A stretch of 61,183 bases of DNA, counting the filler, from Candidatus Woesearchaeota archaeon (lineage in GTDB: Archaea > Nanobdellota > Nanobdellia > Woesearchaeales > DATGWN01), in assembly GCA_047603125.1 (NCBI GenBank). It is 8 parts of 8 records of this genome, joined end to end, with 100 filler letters (N's around TTAATTAATTAA, not from the genome) between each part and the next. Parts side by side here need not be neighbours in the genome. Positions count along the whole stretch, not along the records: positions 54,600 to 61,183 come from JBLKOU010000054.1; 7 more parts are not named here. One strand, written 5' to 3'. Below are positions 58,351 through 61,183 of this stretch, piece after piece. The first letter of the stretch is position 1. Every line of letters starts with the position of its first letter. Made by a program: the position numbers and the translations under genes. A model generated the notes under the pieces. It ran no database searches and had not been told where the DNA came from. It was given only the letters and a program-made list of their open reading frames with translations.

Positions 58351-58535
58351 TTGAGAGTTTCGCGGGTATAATACCCCTGACTTCAGTCCGCAAACTCTCA
58401 ATTCAAAAGTTCGCGATTACGTGAAAAGCGCAATATCCTGCTCCTTTAGGGTAGGGATACCTGGAAAACTTTTTAGTTTTCTGGGTTTGAAAAATTTGTG
58501 TTTTTCAATTAGCTTTGAGCAGCGAACTTTTGTTA
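58351..58535 (+). ncRNA. Candidate multi-hairpin ncRNA or IS200/IS605-derived element
   Basis: TATA TTTATAAA ~25 nt upstream; five or more stems; CCTTTAGG and GACTTCAGTC motifs. Confidence 0.45.
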
Positions 58536-58543
58536 TTTCAAAA

Positions 58544-58675
58544 CTACGCATTTTCTATTTCGGCACGGAGTTGCGCAACACGAGAATAACGAGTTGTTTT
58601 CTGCTTAGCTAATTTGAGTACTTTTTCTCCATATTCGGGACGTAATTGAGGCTCCAATAATATCAACCAAAACAT
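58544..58675 (-). pseudogene. DUF2683-like antitoxin C-terminal fragment
   Basis: LEPQLRPEYGEKV..KQK...Y..V..LRAEIE. Confidence 0.45.
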
Positions 58676-58685
58676 TTAAATAAAA

Positions 58686-58701
58686 ATACGTATATACGTA
58701 T
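58686..58701. promoter_or_regulatory. Perfect palindromic operator upstream of antitoxin
   Basis: ATACGTATATACGTAT between TATA-like box and ATG. Confidence 0.55.
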
Positions 58702-58705
58702 ATCT

Positions 58706-58942
58706 ATGGTATCGATTACTCTTGGTGTGGATGAGCAAACAAGAAAACTCATGAAGAAGTTTTCGCATGTTAATTGGTCAGGTTTTGTTAGAGATGCGAT
58801 TCGAGAAAAGACTTCCCGGCTTTCAAAAAAAGAAGAGCTTCTTGCTAAGCTTCGTGGTGAATCTGTTAATCAGGATGTTATTTTAGGGAAAAAGGTCAAC
58901 GAGTCAGTTGCAAAGCGATTAAAAAAGGAGAATTTGTTGTGA
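58706..58942 (+). CDS. RHH-type antitoxin
   Basis: SITLGV...MKKFSHVNWSGFVRDAI. Confidence 0.75.
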   Translation: MVSITLGVDEQTRKLMKKFSHVNWSGFVRDAIREKTSRLSKKEELLAKLRGESVNQDVILGKKVNESVAKRLKKENLL

Positions 58943-59337
58943 AGATAATTGCGGATGCCAATGTGTTATTTTCCCTTGTAAAAGAAGGTAGTGTGACTGA
59001 GAGAATTGTTTCTGATTTTCGTTTACAAATATATTCTGTTGATTTTGTTTTAGAGGAATTGAAAAATCACGAAGATGTGCTTTTGCGAAAAAGTGGTTTG
59101 CAATCATTTGCACAAGTGGAATCTGTTCTAAAAAAACGGGTCATATTTGTACGGGCTGCTGACTTAAAAAAGGAACTAAAAAAAATACATGCGCTTGTTT
59201 GCGATGAAAAAGACCTGATCTATTTTGCATTGGCTGAAAAATTACAATTACTTATTTGGTCCAATGATAAACACTTTAAAGAACAGACTCTTTTTGATGT
59301 GGTGACAACAAAAGAACTCTTAGAATTATTATTTTAG
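58939..59337 (+). CDS. PIN-domain toxin
   Basis: DANVLFS, EEL, DEKDLIYFALA, WSNDKHF. Confidence 0.85.
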   Translation: MKIIADANVLFSLVKEGSVTERIVSDFRLQIYSVDFVLEELKNHEDVLLRKSGLQSFAQVESVLKKRVIFVRAADLKKELKKIHALVCDEKDLIYFALAEKLQLLIWSNDKHFKEQTLFDVVTTKELLELLF

Positions 59338-59338
59338 T

Positions 59339-59596
59339 TTACTCAACAAGAACATTTTGTGTGACTGCTTGTCCAGGCATTCCTTTTTCAAATAATGCTC
59401 GAACTGCGCCACTGTTTCCATGTGCGCCTGTTATTTTTCCAACGATTTTTTTTCCAGTTTGAGTTGTAAATGTAACTGTTTTTCCCACAAACTTTTGTGC
59501 CTCGTCTTTCGATTGACAACCCTTTGGTTGGAGAATCATTTGATTTGGTGTTTGTGTTGTTCTTCCTCGTCGAAAACTCACGATTGTTGCGTTCAT
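59339..59596 (-). CDS. rpl35ae: 50S ribosomal protein L35Ae
   Basis: SFRRGR, GKITGAHGNSGAVRALF..GMPGQA. Confidence 0.93.
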   Translation of the reverse strand: MNATIVSFRRGRTTQTPNQMILQPKGCQSKDEAQKFVGKTVTFTTQTGKKIVGKITGAHGNSGAVRALFEKGMPGQAVTQNVLVE

Positions 59597-59681
59597 AGTC
59601 GCTATGGAATAATGAGGGGTTTAAAAAGCTTTCTGAATGAGTATCGAAATATTTATAAGGACATCTTTGCAAAAAAGCAGT

Positions 59682-60089
59682 ATGTTTAATGAATTGCTTT
59701 TAATACCGGCGGTGGCAATGGGTTTGCTCATTAGTATTCTTGAAATCATTTTTGTTCGTCAAGATGAGCGGGGAATGCATTGGTTAACGCATGGCCTTCA
59801 TGCAGTTCCGACATGTGTGATTTTTACGCTTATTGCAATGAATGTTCCGGTGGTCATTGAATATCTCAATATTGCCTTTTTGCAAGGAACTTTTGCAACA
59901 TATGCAATTCCAATTGGTATTGGGTTGGTTGCGGCAATTAAAGTAAAAGCAGCAGCAGCATTAACTCGCGGTGGTCGAATTGGTGAGTCGATGCATCATG
60001 CACTCATTATTGGTGCGCTTATTGGCGCATCTCCATTCATTTGGGAATATGCACTAGCAGATATTGTTGGGCCGTATTTACCGTTCTAA
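59682..60089 (+). CDS. Four-TM membrane protein
   Basis: Hydrophobic; E..FV..DE.G.HWLTHGLHA. Confidence 0.65.
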   Translation: MFNELLLIPAVAMGLLISILEIIFVRQDERGMHWLTHGLHAVPTCVIFTLIAMNVPVVIEYLNIAFLQGTFATYAIPIGIGLVAAIKVKAAAALTRGGRIGESMHHALIIGALIGASPFIWEYALADIVGPYLPF

Positions 60090-60142
60090 TTTCATAAAAC
60101 TATTTAAATGGTTATATGTGTGTATTGAGTAGGGGTTTTGAT

Positions 60143-61183
60143 GTGAAAGTAGGGGTGTTCCTTGTTATACTAGTAGTAAGCATGTCTATGGCATTTGCGA
60201 CATTATATCCGCCCGTTGGGCATCAGAATTATTCTGCTTCTAATACACTTACGGGAGATGGGTCAATTCCAAATCCGGGTGAGCGCGCAAGTCGTGTTTG
60301 GGTTGATGTGAATGGAACGACGGGTACATTTCAAGAAGCGATTGATCATGGTTATTTTATTTCTAAAAATGCGCAAGGGGAATTTACTTTTTTTAATTTG
60401 TCAGGGGATCAAGGTTCTTTGCTAGTGACTGGTGTCAGCGGCAGTCCTGAACTGCGATTTTTTGAAGCGATGGAAGGTCATCGTGCGAATATCGTTCGAG
60501 ATGTTATGGGTCTTGGGTTTGGTGTTTCTGCAGATGGCTCTGATCCGGGGTATAATCACTTGTTTATTACAAATACTGGTCGCGTCGGAATAAATACAAC
60601 AGGTCCAGCAGGTACGCTTGATATTGCAGGAACGCTTTGTATTGCAGGGGACTGTCGTGCTGCGTGGCCCGATGGATTTGCAGAGAGTGGTGCAGTTGCA
60701 GGGACGGGAAATACAAATTATATTGCACGATGGTTAAATAATACACATCTTGGTGTTGGTTCGCTCTATGACAATGGTACGTATGTTGCAATCGGGACGG
60801 AAACACCGGCTGCTCGGTTTACGGTGCATAATGGTGCGATTCTAGCAACAGGTACGACTGGTTCAACTCCTGTTTCAGGTTCTGGAACACGTTTGATGTG
60901 GATACCTGAAAAAGCTGCGTTTCGGGCTGGGGAAGTGGATGGTAATCAATGGGATGATAGCAATATTGGTCCGCGAAGTATTGCGCTAGGGCAGAATGTC
61001 AGAGCATCGGGCGTTAATAGTTTGGCATTAGGAACAAATACAGTTGCCAGTAGCGATGAGAGCACTGCGTTTGGTTCAGATACAACTGCGAGTAATATTA
61101 TTAGTACTGCTTTTGGCTATCAAACAACGGCTTCTGGCGCTATGAGTACTGCATTTGGTTCGGGCACGACTGCAAGTGGCTCT
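60143..61183 (+). CDS. Fibre/adhesin-like surface protein, paralogue of 40788..42929 (3'-partial, absent from ORF track)
   Basis: GTG start + signal peptide; LCIAGDCRAAWP; GTTGSTPVSGSGTRLMWIPEKAAFRAGE; YadA-head-like repeats. Confidence 0.8.
   Translation, partial: MKVGVFLVILVVSMSMAFATLYPPVGHQNYSASNTLTGDGSIPNPGERASRVWVDVNGTTGTFQEAIDHGYFISKNAQGEFTFFNLSGDQGSLLVTGVSGSPELRFFEAMEGHRANIVRDVMGLGFGVSADGSDPGYNHLFITNTGRVGINTTGPAGTLDIAGTLCIAGDCRAAWPDGFAESGAVAGTGNTNYIARWLNNTHLGVGSLYDNGTYVAIGTETPAARFTVHNGAILATGTTGSTPVSGSGTRLMWIPEKAAFRAGEVDGNQWDDSNIGPRSIALGQNVRASGVNSLALGTNTVASSDESTAFGSDTTASNIISTAFGYQTTASGAMSTAFGSGTTASGS

Overview
The window joins 8 unrelated contigs (about 6.5-8.9 kb each) with artificial 100-nt N/TTAATTAATTAA spacers. 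The source is a DPANN-type archaeon, probably Woesearchaeota-like: radA, aIF5A, L40e, L35Ae, S15/S13e, endA, an intron-containing tRNA, many PIN/MNT-HEPN/Fic modules and Cys-rich surface proteins. Main observations: (1) a very AT-rich segment after tRNA-Ser encodes Nop5 and fibrillarin, with a perfect 35-nt box C/D kink-turn RNA at their junction whose guide is complementary to the conserved 23S peptidyl-transferase-centre sequence around U2504; (2) at least 7 dispersed MITE-like elements with three kinds of termini (one matching the local IS630 end, one with 9-bp target duplications) share one covarying three-way-junction core; (3) a two-gene split homologue of eukaryotic OGFOD1/Tpa1 ribosomal prolyl hydroxylase; (4) a Kazal + pacifastin-like multi-headed protease-inhibitor lipoprotein; (5) surface proteins with phage tail-fibre, TSP1-like and defensin-like modules; (6) tandem copies of the tRNA-Ser 5' end. 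All calls come from reading motifs by eye; no searches were run.
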